Origin: a virus
Taxonomy: Duplodnaviria > Caudoviricetes
Length of the DNA stretch: 64,000 nucleotides
Virus record (IMG/VR): IMGVR_UViG_3300025889_000070
Reading direction: 5' to 3' (one strand)
In this document: piece by piece, positions 19,054 to 28,979 of the stretch
Position numbering within the stretch: the first letter of the stretch is position 1
Layout: every line of letters begins with the position of its first letter
Position numbers and translations under genes: made by a program
Notes under the pieces: model-generated
The model's input: only the letters and a program-made list of their open reading frames with translations
Databases searched by the model: none
Told to the model about the DNA's origin: nothing

Positions 19054-20009
19054 TGAATAATTATTTGGTATTGACCCCTGACGGTATGGGTAGTACATAC
19101 TTACAGCGTTTACTTACAACATATCTTAACTTAGCAGGTTATGATTACACTAATACCCATGAGTTACTAAATGGTTTAGAATTAGTTGATGCCGGTCTTA
19201 AAAAAAATTTTAGTTTTGCATATACCCAATCAGTTGAAGAGATAGTAAATTTATTAAAAGCAAATACATCAAATATTGTTAGTAGAGTGGCAGACTACCA
19301 TATTAGGCGTAGACAACAAGAGCGATCCGAAGACTATGTAAGTTTCTATAAACAGTGTAATGAAGTCTTTCCAGTTCAGATCATGTGTATGCGTGATCCT
19401 TTTGAGTATTCTCTTAGTTGGGGAATACGAAACATTACTGGAAAGCAAAATGTTTATAGCATAAGAGAGCGCATTGATACCCACCCAGAGAACATTAACT
19501 ACACTGTAGACCGCCATTTTTTTACACAGAAGTTGAAAAATTATAGTGATTATACATATTGGTGCAAAGACAATTTTAATATTACTAATATTGTAAACTA
19601 CAATAACTTACAGTCTAAGGCAGATGAGGTCTTAAGGAATATTACGGGATTAGACTGTAATTTCAGTGAACTAGCAGGTATCAGTATAGAAGATTATAAC
19701 AAAGTTTTTTATAACGCTAGCTTGTCCTTTCAAACAGGAAATAAAGATCTAATACCAGATAAAAATTTAATAATGAAAGTTTTAAAATTACGTTCCTACC
19801 AAAATAAATTAATTAACGCTCGGCGATTAATAAGTGTCATTCCACATAAAATGAATACACTAGCCGATAAAAGTAAAAAAGTACAAAATTTTAATACGCT
19901 TATAGAAGTATATAATAATTGGGCTGAAAACAGGAACGACGTTGAGACTATTAGTCTGGAACAAATAAAAAAACAAATACATACGGAAAACCAAATTTAT
20001 GAATCTTAA
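19053..20009 (+). CDS. Sulfotransferase-like P-loop protein
   Basis: TPDGMGSTYL (5'-PSB-like) and CMRDPFEYSLS (3'-PB-like). Confidence 0.45.
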   Translation: MNNYLVLTPDGMGSTYLQRLLTTYLNLAGYDYTNTHELLNGLELVDAGLKKNFSFAYTQSVEEIVNLLKANTSNIVSRVADYHIRRRQQERSEDYVSFYKQCNEVFPVQIMCMRDPFEYSLSWGIRNITGKQNVYSIRERIDTHPENINYTVDRHFFTQKLKNYSDYTYWCKDNFNITNIVNYNNLQSKADEVLRNITGLDCNFSELAGISIEDYNKVFYNASLSFQTGNKDLIPDKNLIMKVLKLRSYQNKLINARRLISVIPHKMNTLADKSKKVQNFNTLIEVYNNWAENRNDVETISLEQIKKQIHTENQIYES

Positions 20010-20685
20010 AATTTTAAATGAAGTAGAACATATGTTACAAACAAGCCCACAGGCTGTTCGCAATCAGTCTAAACTTAAACAACTTGTACGTGGCATATTT
20101 GACGTTGAGTTAGGTAGTACTATGTTTACATCAGTATATGATCTCACAGAAGAAATTGACAGACTAGTATTACACAAGTACTTTGGCGAAGTTTGGCAAC
20201 CCGAAACTAAAAAGTTCAAGTACAGCGGGCTCAAAGTCATTGAAGAAGTTAATGCGCTAAACCCTAGAGCAGTACTAGATATTGGCTGCGGCTATAATGA
20301 GTTTAAAGGTAAGATTCCCAATCTCATAGGCATTGATCCATATAATACTAATGCTGACTTTCAAGTTGATTTGCTAAGTTATCATACAGAAGTAAAATTT
20401 GATGTTGTCATTGCGCTAGGTAGTATTAACTTTGGCAGCACAGATAAAATTTTTGCTGAACTTGAAAAAGCAGTAAGTCTTTGTGGGCCAGGCGCATTAA
20501 TGTTTTTCCGTGTAAATCCTGGTCATCAACATGACAAACCAGAAGCACGTTGGATTACATTCTATCCCTGGAATTCAAACTTCATTATTAATTGTGCTGA
20601 TCATTTTAATGTAGATGTGCTAGACCTACGTAACGATTCAAATAAACGAATGTACTTTGTTTGGCGTACAAAAAATGTTAATTAA
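19999..20685 (+). CDS. Class I SAM-dependent methyltransferase
   Basis: VLDIGCG motif I, GIDP, FDVVIAL. Confidence 0.8.
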   Translation: MNLKILNEVEHMLQTSPQAVRNQSKLKQLVRGIFDVELGSTMFTSVYDLTEEIDRLVLHKYFGEVWQPETKKFKYSGLKVIEEVNALNPRAVLDIGCGYNEFKGKIPNLIGIDPYNTNADFQVDLLSYHTEVKFDVVIALGSINFGSTDKIFAELEKAVSLCGPGALMFFRVNPGHQHDKPEARWITFYPWNSNFIINCADHFNVDVLDLRNDSNKRMYFVWRTKNVN

Positions 20686-21490
20686 TGATTTAGGTTATTT
20701 TAAACGATCAGCAAATTATTCAGACAAGTATAGTGGAATGGATTGTTTAGAAAAATGTACGGATAAGGAATGGTTTAAGAATTATCCTATACAGGACTTT
20801 GATTATAAATTTAATAGTTGGGGTTTTAGAGGACCAGAATACAATCAATATATTAGCAAACCGGTTAATATATGTCTGGGAGACAGTTTTACTGTTAATG
20901 TAGGCGGTCCTATAGAACACAGTTGGCCTAGTTTGTTACAAGAAAAGTTTGATATTCCATGTTTGAATTTAGGAATGGACGGGGCTGGTAACGATAGCAT
21001 TAGATTAGTTTATGATCGTGCCTGCAAATTATTTGATGTTCAAAAAACTTTTGTAGTATATTCTTTTTTTCATAGACGCTTAGAAAATGGCAGGTTTATG
21101 AGTGAACCACATGAACATATAGATAACATAATTTATTTTGAAAAAAACTTTATAAATGACACATATTTTAATTTTATTCCGCCATGGTGTTGGACAGATG
21201 AAGAATTAGATTATATTAGTAGCCGATCTAAATTTTATATAAATTTAAATTATAAATCTTGGAACGATACTTTAGATAGGCAATATTGTTACAGAGAACA
21301 ATATAACCAGCTAAAGGGCGCTGATTGGCCTACATATGATGAATTCTTAGCGGGCGCAGATCCACATCCAGATGTTTATACTCAAGAATTTAGATTACGA
21401 ACTAACTTATATAGTAACAGGGACGGGTTTCACCTTAGTTTAGAGGGAAACCAAAAATTAGCCGACAACTTATACGAACAAACTAAATAA
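20675..21490 (+). CDS. SGNH hydrolase-like protein
   Basis: CLGDSFT, NLGMDGAGND, DGFH; start moved to ATG 20675. Confidence 0.65.
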   Translation: MLINDLGYFKRSANYSDKYSGMDCLEKCTDKEWFKNYPIQDFDYKFNSWGFRGPEYNQYISKPVNICLGDSFTVNVGGPIEHSWPSLLQEKFDIPCLNLGMDGAGNDSIRLVYDRACKLFDVQKTFVVYSFFHRRLENGRFMSEPHEHIDNIIYFEKNFINDTYFNFIPPWCWTDEELDYISSRSKFYINLNYKSWNDTLDRQYCYREQYNQLKGADWPTYDEFLAGADPHPDVYTQEFRLRTNLYSNRDGFHLSLEGNQKLADNLYEQTK

Positions 21491-21547
21491 AGACGGTAAC
21501 GCAGACTGCGGTCTAGTTCACCGACTATCTCAAAAAAGGAAAACATC

Positions 21548-22078
21548 ATGTTACCCCGTAGACATTTCTTTACGGGTGTGCCTGGTAGTCGCTGGAGTGG
21601 CGTTAGCCAAGACATAGAGTCAAGCAAACTCTACGACACATCAGACCGCACCCCCCAAAGAACATACACTCATAACCAATATTCCGGACATGTGGGTGCC
21701 TATTTTGGCGCCGGCATGGAATTCCCTGCTAGTTTGGATCCAGCTATCCTAGATGCTCCATATACAGGTTCGGGATGTCGTTTACATAAAAGTCACGAGT
21801 GGGCTTATATGTTGGATGACATCACCAACACATATCCGGACTGTTGGATAACTTTAATTTACAGACCTGATGCTGCCAGTTTTGAATGGTGGAAGCAGGC
21901 TGGTGGTTGGAATATAAGTTATCCTAATTATGACTTTTATGTGGATGATGCTGGTATGCAACACCATATAAAGCTAATGAACGAAGCTATATTAGAGTTT
22001 TCTCATAGCCACAATTTAGTATGGCACCATATAGCAAAACACGCAGATATATTAAAAACAACATGGAAACAATCCTAG
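21548..22078 (+). CDS. Hypothetical protein, weakly sulfotransferase/P-loop-like
   Basis: FFTGVPGSRWSG; AAGG RBS. Confidence 0.55.
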   Translation: MLPRRHFFTGVPGSRWSGVSQDIESSKLYDTSDRTPQRTYTHNQYSGHVGAYFGAGMEFPASLDPAILDAPYTGSGCRLHKSHEWAYMLDDITNTYPDCWITLIYRPDAASFEWWKQAGGWNISYPNYDFYVDDAGMQHHIKLMNEAILEFSHSHNLVWHHIAKHADILKTTWKQS

Positions 22079-23487
22079 CACTACTAGTAGGAACTCTTTA
22101 CGGACTTGTGATTGGTATAATACCAAGCGCGGGCGCGACTACTGGTTTGGTTGCACTTTTTGGTGTGATACATTACTTTGTTAGTGAGCCATATTTAGGA
22201 GTAGTTTTTCTAATGGCAGTGGTTGCAGCAAGTACAACAGGTGATAGTTTTACAGGTATACTACTAGGCATTCCAGGTGCTAACAGCGCAGCCGCTACAA
22301 TGGTAGATGGCTTTCCACTAGCACAGCAGGGCCGTGCAAGTTATGCTATCAGTGCAGCAGTTACTACAAGTACAGTTAATGGATTGCTTTGGGGATGTTT
22401 AGTTTTCATGTTGCTTCCCTGGTATAGCAATTTGTTAATGATATTGGGTATACCTGAACTGTGGGCGTTTATAGTTCTCGCTCTTGCTACGGTTGGTTTT
22501 GTAAGTAACAGTTATTGGATTAGAAGTTTAGTTGCTATTTGCGCAGGAATATTTCTAGGACTAGTGGGCGTAGATCCTACAAATAACGAACCTAGGTTTA
22601 CACTGGGTTGGTTCTATTTGCAAGATGGACTACAATTGATGCCAGTAGTTGCTGGTTTGTTTGCAGTACCAGAATTAGTAGCAGGATTAAAGCGTACAAG
22701 TACAGCACGTATTGTTCGTAATGAACTTTGGCAAGGAGTACGTGCAACCTGGCAGCATCGTTGGCTAGCATTGCGTGGTGGTTTTATAGGTGCATTTATT
22801 GGATTGTTACCTGGACTTGGTGGCGCAATGGCGGACTGGATGGCATATGGTAGTGCTGTGGCAGCAAATCCAAAAGAACAGTTTGGTAATGGTAACATCA
22901 AAGGCGTCATAGGACCAGAAGGTGCTAACAATGCACAAAAGGCAACGTCAATGATTCCTACTGTGTTGTTTGGTATTCCAGGTGCTCCGTTTGCCGCAGT
23001 GTTAATGGCATTGTTCATGTACCTAAACTTTGAACTGGGCACGCCAGATATAGCAGCAGACACAGAATTTTTCTTTAGTCTTGCGTTTGGTTTTCTATCA
23101 GCAACAGTACTAGTAGCAATCCTGTGTTTAGTTTTTATACGAACTATCACACGTATTTGTACAGTACCTTACAAGTATTATTTCCCAGTACTATTGTTAG
23201 TAATAATTTGGGCAAGTATGCAGTACACGGGCGGATGGGAAGATTTTGCAGTATTGGCAGCATTTAGTTTATTAGGCATACTATGCAAAAACTATAAGTT
23301 TAGCAGACCAGCACTTCTAATGGCGTTTATACTCGCTAACAAGATTGAGAGTTTTACCCTACAACTCACAAGTCTTTACACAGTAGGGGATTTAATAACG
23401 AGACCTATATTTATGGCAGTGATGCTGTTTACTGTAGGTATCTTCGCATATAGTTTAAAGAGGAAAGGATCTATAGATTATGCGTAA
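22063..23487 (+). CDS. tctA: Tripartite tricarboxylate transporter large membrane subunit TctA
   Basis: G.IPG, ILLGIPG..SAAAT.VDGFPLAQQGRA, GLLPGLGG, GPEGANNA; multiple TM helices; start ATG 22063. Confidence 0.92.
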   Translation: METILALLVGTLYGLVIGIIPSAGATTGLVALFGVIHYFVSEPYLGVVFLMAVVAASTTGDSFTGILLGIPGANSAAATMVDGFPLAQQGRASYAISAAVTTSTVNGLLWGCLVFMLLPWYSNLLMILGIPELWAFIVLALATVGFVSNSYWIRSLVAICAGIFLGLVGVDPTNNEPRFTLGWFYLQDGLQLMPVVAGLFAVPELVAGLKRTSTARIVRNELWQGVRATWQHRWLALRGGFIGAFIGLLPGLGGAMADWMAYGSAVAANPKEQFGNGNIKGVIGPEGANNAQKATSMIPTVLFGIPGAPFAAVLMALFMYLNFELGTPDIAADTEFFFSLAFGFLSATVLVAILCLVFIRTITRICTVPYKYYFPVLLLVIIWASMQYTGGWEDFAVLAAFSLLGILCKNYKFSRPALLMAFILANKIESFTLQLTSLYTVGDLITRPIFMAVMLFTVGIFAYSLKRKGSIDYA

Positions 23488-24529
23488 AATATTTTTAGCA
23501 CTCGCAGTTATGCTATTTGCAACACCAGCACTAGCAGACTACACACTTATTGTACCACAGAAGCCAGGCGGCGGTACAAGTGTTTGGGCACAGATTGTTG
23601 CCACAGAATGGGAAAAGCACCTAGGTGAAAAGATTGTTATCCGGCACATTCCAGGTGCTCGTGACATACCAGGATTCAATGCTTTTCATAATGAACTACA
23701 AAAAGACCCAAAGATCATTATGGTATCACATGGAGGCAACGGAGTAAGTTTTCTACAGGAAAAAGTAGACTACAATTATGCTGAATATGATAGCGTAGGA
23801 CTAATGAACTTGGATATTATTTCCGGTATTCGTAAAGACTACAAGGCTGGCGATAAAATTAAGTTTGCAGCAGGATCAGGCATGGTACCAGAAGGACTTG
23901 CTATCGCACAGTTGCTATGTGGCAACCTTAAGAGTATTGATGAATATGCAGCATGCTTTAAGGATAAGGTTACATGGGTACCTGGCATGAGCGGTGGGCA
24001 GCGTAGACTGGCATTCAAGCGTGGCGAGCTCAATGGCACTAGAGAGAATCCAGCAGCATACAAAAAGCACGTTGAATCAAATCCTGATGCGACGTTGTGG
24101 TTTACACACGGCATTCTACAAAAGGATGGATCACATGCTGACGATCCAAACTATCCCGGCTACCAGTTCGAGATCTTATTTGAGAAGCGTTGGGGTGAGA
24201 AGCCCGACAATGTGCTCTATCCTGCTTATAAGCTAGTAAAGAGTTTCCGTGACGGATTACAAAAAGCACTATGGGTAAGCAAAGGTAATCCTAACCGTGA
24301 TCATCTAGTCAAAACACTTACAGCAATGACCCGTGATCTAGATAGCATATCAGCTATTCAGAAAAAGGTAGGCGAGTATGACTGGGTAATTGGCAATGCT
24401 GGCAATGCTCATCGCGATACATTAATGAGTTTTGTAACTGAATCTGCGCTAAAAACACTAGTAGATTTTAATACCCAGGCATTTGGTTTAAAGAGTGTTT
24501 ATAAACCTGAACTTATTCATGGAAAGTAA
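23480..24529 (+). CDS. tctC: TctC/Bug-like periplasmic substrate-binding protein
   Basis: Signal peptide ending ALA|D; LIVPQKPGGGTSVWAQ; adjacent to tctA. Confidence 0.75.
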   Translation: MRKIFLALAVMLFATPALADYTLIVPQKPGGGTSVWAQIVATEWEKHLGEKIVIRHIPGARDIPGFNAFHNELQKDPKIIMVSHGGNGVSFLQEKVDYNYAEYDSVGLMNLDIISGIRKDYKAGDKIKFAAGSGMVPEGLAIAQLLCGNLKSIDEYAACFKDKVTWVPGMSGGQRRLAFKRGELNGTRENPAAYKKHVESNPDATLWFTHGILQKDGSHADDPNYPGYQFEILFEKRWGEKPDNVLYPAYKLVKSFRDGLQKALWVSKGNPNRDHLVKTLTAMTRDLDSISAIQKKVGEYDWVIGNAGNAHRDTLMSFVTESALKTLVDFNTQAFGLKSVYKPELIHGK

Positions 24530-24537
24530 TATAAATA
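24530..24537 (+). promoter_or_regulatory. T4-type late promoter consensus
   Basis: Exact TATAAATA 25 nt upstream of ORF 24562. Confidence 0.65.
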
Positions 24538-24561
24538 CACTTATATAACAGGTGTACCACT

Positions 24562-25092
24562 ATGGATATTAAAGAAATTGTTGAAAACACTAAAAAAGTT
24601 TACATGAGTGACTCCAGTTTGGAGTTGCTCATGGACTTTGAACGTGTACTTGATGAGGTAGATTTATACGCTTTTAAAAACTGGAAGCGGGGCGAACTTG
24701 TAGAAGGACCAATCAAACACAAACACTGGGTAGAGTGTACATTTATGTACCCAAGTAAACTAATGCCAGACCCAGATGGCGGCAAGCGACTTTTGGGGTA
24801 TAACGCTATTATTGAGTACAAGAAAGACAAGCTCAAGACTCCAGTTAAAGTAGAAGATTATAGTGATTTTAGACCTGGTACAAAGAAACCAAAACTAAAA
24901 GAAGATCCAGTATGGTTAGTAAAAGTAAAACTGCCAGTTGAACTAGTTAAAGATACACAAGAAGGTTTTGTGGAACTTGAAGGCAAAGATATAGACTTAT
25001 CAGATCTGGACCAAGCATATGACCAGGGCTTAGAAGGCGGCGGTGACATCATGAACCAACAGCAAGTAGCAATGCCCGGAGCAACACAATGA
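24562..25092 (+). CDS. Hypothetical protein
   Basis: 176-aa ORF after late motif. Confidence 0.75.
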   Translation: MDIKEIVENTKKVYMSDSSLELLMDFERVLDEVDLYAFKNWKRGELVEGPIKHKHWVECTFMYPSKLMPDPDGGKRLLGYNAIIEYKKDKLKTPVKVEDYSDFRPGTKKPKLKEDPVWLVKVKLPVELVKDTQEGFVELEGKDIDLSDLDQAYDQGLEGGGDIMNQQQVAMPGATQ

Positions 25093-25637
25093 CCCAGCTA
25101 GCTGAAGGTTTGGAAAGAGACGATTTACAGGACAGAGTTGAACCCAAGGTTCACTTTGATGAGTTTGCTCCTAAAATGGGAACTGATGATCAAATTATCG
25201 TTAGTAGCTTTATGGTAATGGGTCAACAGGTAGCGTATGATTTGGAAAACTTTTTAGAAAAAGGTTACCCCTGGATACTGGATGCTGAAACCAGTGCTGG
25301 CGAGAAAGAGCCCGGGTATTACATTGTGTTTGTTGAAGCAGAACGCAGAACCAGTTTTCCAGAAAAGTTTATGAGCTTAATCAGTGACTTGGAAAATATC
25401 ACTGGCATTAAACCCAGTGACTGGATTATGAAATATTATCAGGGCACACGGCGCGATCCTAAATACAAACTTACGACACAGAACATTAGCACACATGTTC
25501 CACTGAGTCCTAGAAAATATAGACAAAATAAACAAAGTGAAAATATGTTAGAAAGCATGTTAAACATAGCAAGAGTTCCACGAAGAAAAGGTGACACACA
25601 TGAATTTAGACAATCTAAGAAAACAGCTAGAAATTGA
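25089..25637 (+). CDS. Hypothetical protein
   Basis: Coupled ORF, 182 aa. Confidence 0.7.
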   Translation: MTQLAEGLERDDLQDRVEPKVHFDEFAPKMGTDDQIIVSSFMVMGQQVAYDLENFLEKGYPWILDAETSAGEKEPGYYIVFVEAERRTSFPEKFMSLISDLENITGIKPSDWIMKYYQGTRRDPKYKLTTQNISTHVPLSPRKYRQNKQSENMLESMLNIARVPRRKGDTHEFRQSKKTARN

Positions 25638-26040
25638 CGAGGGTGTTGTATACGAAGTTTATCTTGACCATCTTGGGTACCCTACTTTTGGTATCGGTCA
25701 TCTGGTTACGGAATCAGACCCAGAGAATGGACTTGCAGTGGGGACCCCCGTTGATGCTGACAGAGTCGCTGAAGCCTTCGAGTCAGATATCCAATCAGTC
25801 TTGTCAGATTGCGACAAACTTTACTCAGACTTCGCCGATCTGCCAGAAGAAGCTCAAGAAATAATTGCTAACATGATGTTTAATCTTGGGTATCCTCGAT
25901 TATCAAAGTTTGTTGGAATGAAAAGAGAAGTAGATGCCAGGAACTGGAATGAAGCTGCCAATGAAATGGTGGATAGTCAGTGGTATCGTCAAGTAGGTGC
26001 AAGAGCTGAAAGACTTGTAGAGAGAATGAGAGCTATTTAG
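25600..26040 (+). CDS. Endolysin, T4-lysozyme-like muramidase (GH24)
   Basis: LEIDEG (catalytic E), YLDHLGYPTFGIGHL, NMMFNLG, S.WYRQV..RA.R; start ATG 25600. Confidence 0.9.
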   Translation: MNLDNLRKQLEIDEGVVYEVYLDHLGYPTFGIGHLVTESDPENGLAVGTPVDADRVAEAFESDIQSVLSDCDKLYSDFADLPEEAQEIIANMMFNLGYPRLSKFVGMKREVDARNWNEAANEMVDSQWYRQVGARAERLVERMRAI

Positions 26041-26049
26041 AGAGCATTA

Positions 26050-26511
26050 ATGGGATTAAAACTCGCTGGTATAATGTTAGTACTAATTCTGGCTATGTCT
26101 GGCATAGGCTATTGGTACTACAACGACACGCAGGAAAAAATGCGTATTCTTGTTGCTAATGAAGCAAAGGCTACAATAGCTGCTCAAACAGCAGAAGCAG
26201 CAACTAAAGCACTACAAGAAAGTTATCAGCGCATGAGCAAGGAGTTAAATCGTGTTAATGACGAGTTTGCAGAGGCAAGAGCAAATAATAAAGTTCTTAC
26301 TAGCAAACTTGCTAAACACGATCTAGCTGTACTGGCAGAGAAAAAACCAGATTCTGTACAACGCATTATTAATAGTGCTAGTGCTAAAGTATTAAGATGC
26401 TTTGAGATTGAGAGTGGTTCAAAATTAACGGAGGCAGAAAAAAATGCTAAGTCAGGCAAAGCGTTCAATTCGGAATGTCCTTGGCTTTGGCCTGGTGCTA
26501 GCAAGCCTTAG
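26050..26511 (+). CDS. Inner-membrane spanin (Rz-like)
   Basis: N-terminal TM helix, long coiled coil, C-terminal Cys residues; follows endolysin. Confidence 0.75.
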   Translation: MGLKLAGIMLVLILAMSGIGYWYYNDTQEKMRILVANEAKATIAAQTAEAATKALQESYQRMSKELNRVNDEFAEARANNKVLTSKLAKHDLAVLAEKKPDSVQRIINSASAKVLRCFEIESGSKLTEAEKNAKSGKAFNSECPWLWPGASKP

Positions 26512-26914
26512 TGCTTGCAGTAGTCCTAGAGTACTAGAGGTAAGTGCCAAGCCAGTTGAAATACCCAAACTTACTCTGCCCAAAGCAGACGTTCTTAATT
26601 TTGCTAGTAAAGAAGTAGAATGGCATGTAATTACGCTGGAAAATTATCAAGCAGTTTTTGATGAGATAAAAAAGTCCGGCAGACCTATGACACTGTTTGC
26701 ACTCACAGATAAGGGCTATGCTAACCTTGGCGAAAATTTAAGTAGTATAAGAGCATTTATAGAACAGCAAAAAGCTATTATTATTGCCTATGAAAACTAC
26801 TATAAAGAAAGTGATAAAGCAATCAAAGATGCTAATAAAGAAATAGAAAAAAGCAAGGAAGATCTTAAAAAAAGTGCTGAGCCCAGCTTTAGCTTAAAAG
26901 GATTGTTCAAATGA
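26444..26914 (+). CDS. Outer-membrane lipoprotein spanin (Rz1-like), overlapping the i-spanin
   Basis: Lipobox LSAC|SS; overlaps 3' end of the i-spanin in another frame; start uncertain. Confidence 0.7.
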   Translation: MLSQAKRSIRNVLGFGLVLASLSACSSPRVLEVSAKPVEIPKLTLPKADVLNFASKEVEWHVITLENYQAVFDEIKKSGRPMTLFALTDKGYANLGENLSSIRAFIEQQKAIIIAYENYYKESDKAIKDANKEIEKSKEDLKKSAEPSFSLKGLFK

Positions 26915-27099
26915 CTATAGACGGCGGGACATATGTTGGTACATCAGGAGCAAACTCACACTGTAATAACTGTGGTCATCCCAGTCACTGTGGTGTGCCA
27001 CTCTATGAAGATTCCTGGTCAGCCTACGGAAAGAGACTGGGCAGAATAGAAATCTGTAAAAATTGTACATGCTCTGAGTGCTCTAATGAAACAAGTTAA
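26911..27099 (+). CDS. Small Cys/His-rich putative Zn-binding protein
   Basis: CNNCGHPSHCG...CKNCTCSEC. Confidence 0.6.
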   Translation: MTIDGGTYVGTSGANSHCNNCGHPSHCGVPLYEDSWSAYGKRLGRIEICKNCTCSECSNETS

Positions 27100-27282
27100 A
27101 TGTGGGAACAATATAGTATATCTTATAGTAGAGGGCTAAGTTATTATACTTACTTAGCGATGCGTGATAGCGTTTATAGAATTCATGAGTTATTTAATAA
27201 AAAGATAGAGATGTACGATTCTCTCTACATGATTAAAATAATAAGCTATAGAGAATTGCAAAATTATTACAAAATAGGATAG
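27100..27282 (+). CDS. Possible small hypothetical protein
   Basis: 60-aa ORF filling the gap; very AT-rich, no clear RBS. Confidence 0.3.
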   Translation: MWEQYSISYSRGLSYYTYLAMRDSVYRIHELFNKKIEMYDSLYMIKIISYRELQNYYKIG

Positions 27283-27286
27283 TAAA

Positions 27287-27682
27287 ATGAAAAAGTTTTT
27301 ATCAACAAGTTTAGTTTTAGTATTTTTATCGGGATGTGCTCTAACTGATGTAATACCCAGTTTTTGGGACGACAACCAAAGTTCACGTATAGTGGATGTT
27401 TATGTTAAAGCAACAAACATGGATTGTAAACAACCACACCTATCTCAGGTAACCAGCATTAGAGACGACTTACAGTGGTTCAAGCTATACAGTGAAAGCA
27501 AGGGCTGGCTACAGCGAGATGTTCTAAAACTTATTAAACCCATGCAGGACACTGTAGAGGATTTTTATAAGCGCAGTAAAGAAAAGCAGGGCAGCGAAGC
27601 CTATTGTGAAATTAAAAAGAAACTATTGATCAAACAGAGCAAAGACAGTGCTCAGGCAGTACTAGGAAGGTATGACTTATAA
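27287..27682 (+). CDS. Putative lipoprotein
   Basis: Signal peptide with lipobox LSGC. Confidence 0.7.
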   Translation: MKKFLSTSLVLVFLSGCALTDVIPSFWDDNQSSRIVDVYVKATNMDCKQPHLSQVTSIRDDLQWFKLYSESKGWLQRDVLKLIKPMQDTVEDFYKRSKEKQGSEAYCEIKKKLLIKQSKDSAQAVLGRYDL

Positions 27683-27942
27683 TGGAAAAACTAAATGAAG
27701 CAGTAAATGATTTAAAGGCTTTAATTGACAATGGTCCAGATTGGGCTAGCGAACGGGCGAAGATTGCGCTAGATTTATTTGAACAAGTAAAAACAGGTAG
27801 CATAAGCCAAAGCGAGTACGATGAATTATTAGAAGATTTAGTTCGTACAGATAAGCTAGATGAACTAGCCGACGATCTAAATACAAAAAATAATCTAGTA
27901 GCAACTGTAATGGTGCTAAAGAACTTTGCTAGTCTAGTTTAA
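27682..27942 (+). CDS. Hypothetical protein
   Basis: TAATG-coupled ORF; GGAAGG RBS. Confidence 0.7.
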   Translation: MEKLNEAVNDLKALIDNGPDWASERAKIALDLFEQVKTGSISQSEYDELLEDLVRTDKLDELADDLNTKNNLVATVMVLKNFASLV

Positions 27943-27954
27943 TAAAAAAAATTT

Positions 27955-27972
27955 TTGTAACTTTTTTGTAAC
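27955..27972 (+). promoter_or_regulatory. Candidate Pho box (PhoB/OmpR-type direct repeat)
   Basis: TTGTAAC-tttt-TTGTAAC, 11-bp period, upstream of a PiT-like transporter. Confidence 0.5.
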
Positions 27973-28019
27973 ACTCTATAAGTTAAATAACTAGGAACAA
28001 CAGATGGAGTTTTTTAAAT

Positions 28020-28979
28020 ATGGAACTAGTTACAATATGGATGGCCGTGGGATTTCTCATGGCAGCATACAGTGTTATCGCTAACGACAGTGTACAAACA
28101 CTGGGCACTTGGATAGCCAGCAATCACGAGCGTTTTTCTTGGAAAATACTTTGGGCCGCCGCTAGTGCGGTTTTATTATGGGCATTATGGTATGGGTGGT
28201 ATACCTCAGGAGGAGATATTAGTTATGGACGTTTAACTAAGATCCCATTTCAAGAGATATACTGGTACCATGCTGTAGCACCGGGAATATTGCTTTTATT
28301 AACACGAGTAGGCGTACCAGTAAGTACGTCCTTTTTAGTTTTAAGTGCATTTGCAACTAGCTTTGTGCTTGAAAAAATGCTGATGAAGTCAATAATGGGT
28401 TATGCATTAGCGGCTGTTAGTGCTTATGCTCTATGGCATATTATTAGCAGAATAATTAATGAAAATCGATCAATGGGAGATCATTGGAGTCGTCCTTATT
28501 GGCGAACCGCGCAATGGGCCACAACTGCTCTATTATGGTGGACTTGGCTGAGCCATGACATGGCTAATATTGCGGTGTTTCTACCTAGGCAGATCCCATG
28601 GGACCTAATGATTGTTATTAGCATAGTATTTGTAGCATTGCTAGGCTTTATGTTCCGCGAAGGCGGTGGTAAAATCCAGGACATTGTTTTGGAAAAACAA
28701 ACCACACGTTACATTAGATCAGCAACACTAATTGACTTAGTATACTTGGTTATACTATACTTCTTCAAAGAATTAAATTCAATACCAATGTCAACAACAT
28801 GGGTATTCGTAGGCTTGTTAACAGGGCGTGAACTTGCTATTGCTCACGTTAGGAACACTAAAATGAAACAGGTGTTCCCAATGGTAACAAAGGACTTTAT
28901 CAAGATGATGATTGGACTTGGTGCTAGTGTTGGCATTGTATTATTCATCCATTACCTGGTAGTGCCCAACGGCTGGTAA
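28020..28979 (+). CDS. PiT/PHO4-like inorganic phosphate transporter
   Basis: Two signature-like repeats IANDSVQTLGT and SHDMANIA, plus PVSTS and MSTT; about 9-10 TM helices. Confidence 0.65.
   Translation: MELVTIWMAVGFLMAAYSVIANDSVQTLGTWIASNHERFSWKILWAAASAVLLWALWYGWYTSGGDISYGRLTKIPFQEIYWYHAVAPGILLLLTRVGVPVSTSFLVLSAFATSFVLEKMLMKSIMGYALAAVSAYALWHIISRIINENRSMGDHWSRPYWRTAQWATTALLWWTWLSHDMANIAVFLPRQIPWDLMIVISIVFVALLGFMFREGGGKIQDIVLEKQTTRYIRSATLIDLVYLVILYFFKELNSIPMSTTWVFVGLLTGRELAIAHVRNTKMKQVFPMVTKDFIKMMIGLGASVGIVLFIHYLVVPNGW

Noticed and set aside
14372-24529. Host chromosomal contamination or prophage boundary at the bacterial-like genes
   Set aside because: Same composition, tight gene coupling and TAAATA motifs as the phage genes; no integrase or att site; phage genes on both sides
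27943-27956. AAAAAAAATTTTT as an intrinsic terminator
   Set aside because: A/T-only stem is too weak; the adjacent 11-bp-period repeat explains the region better
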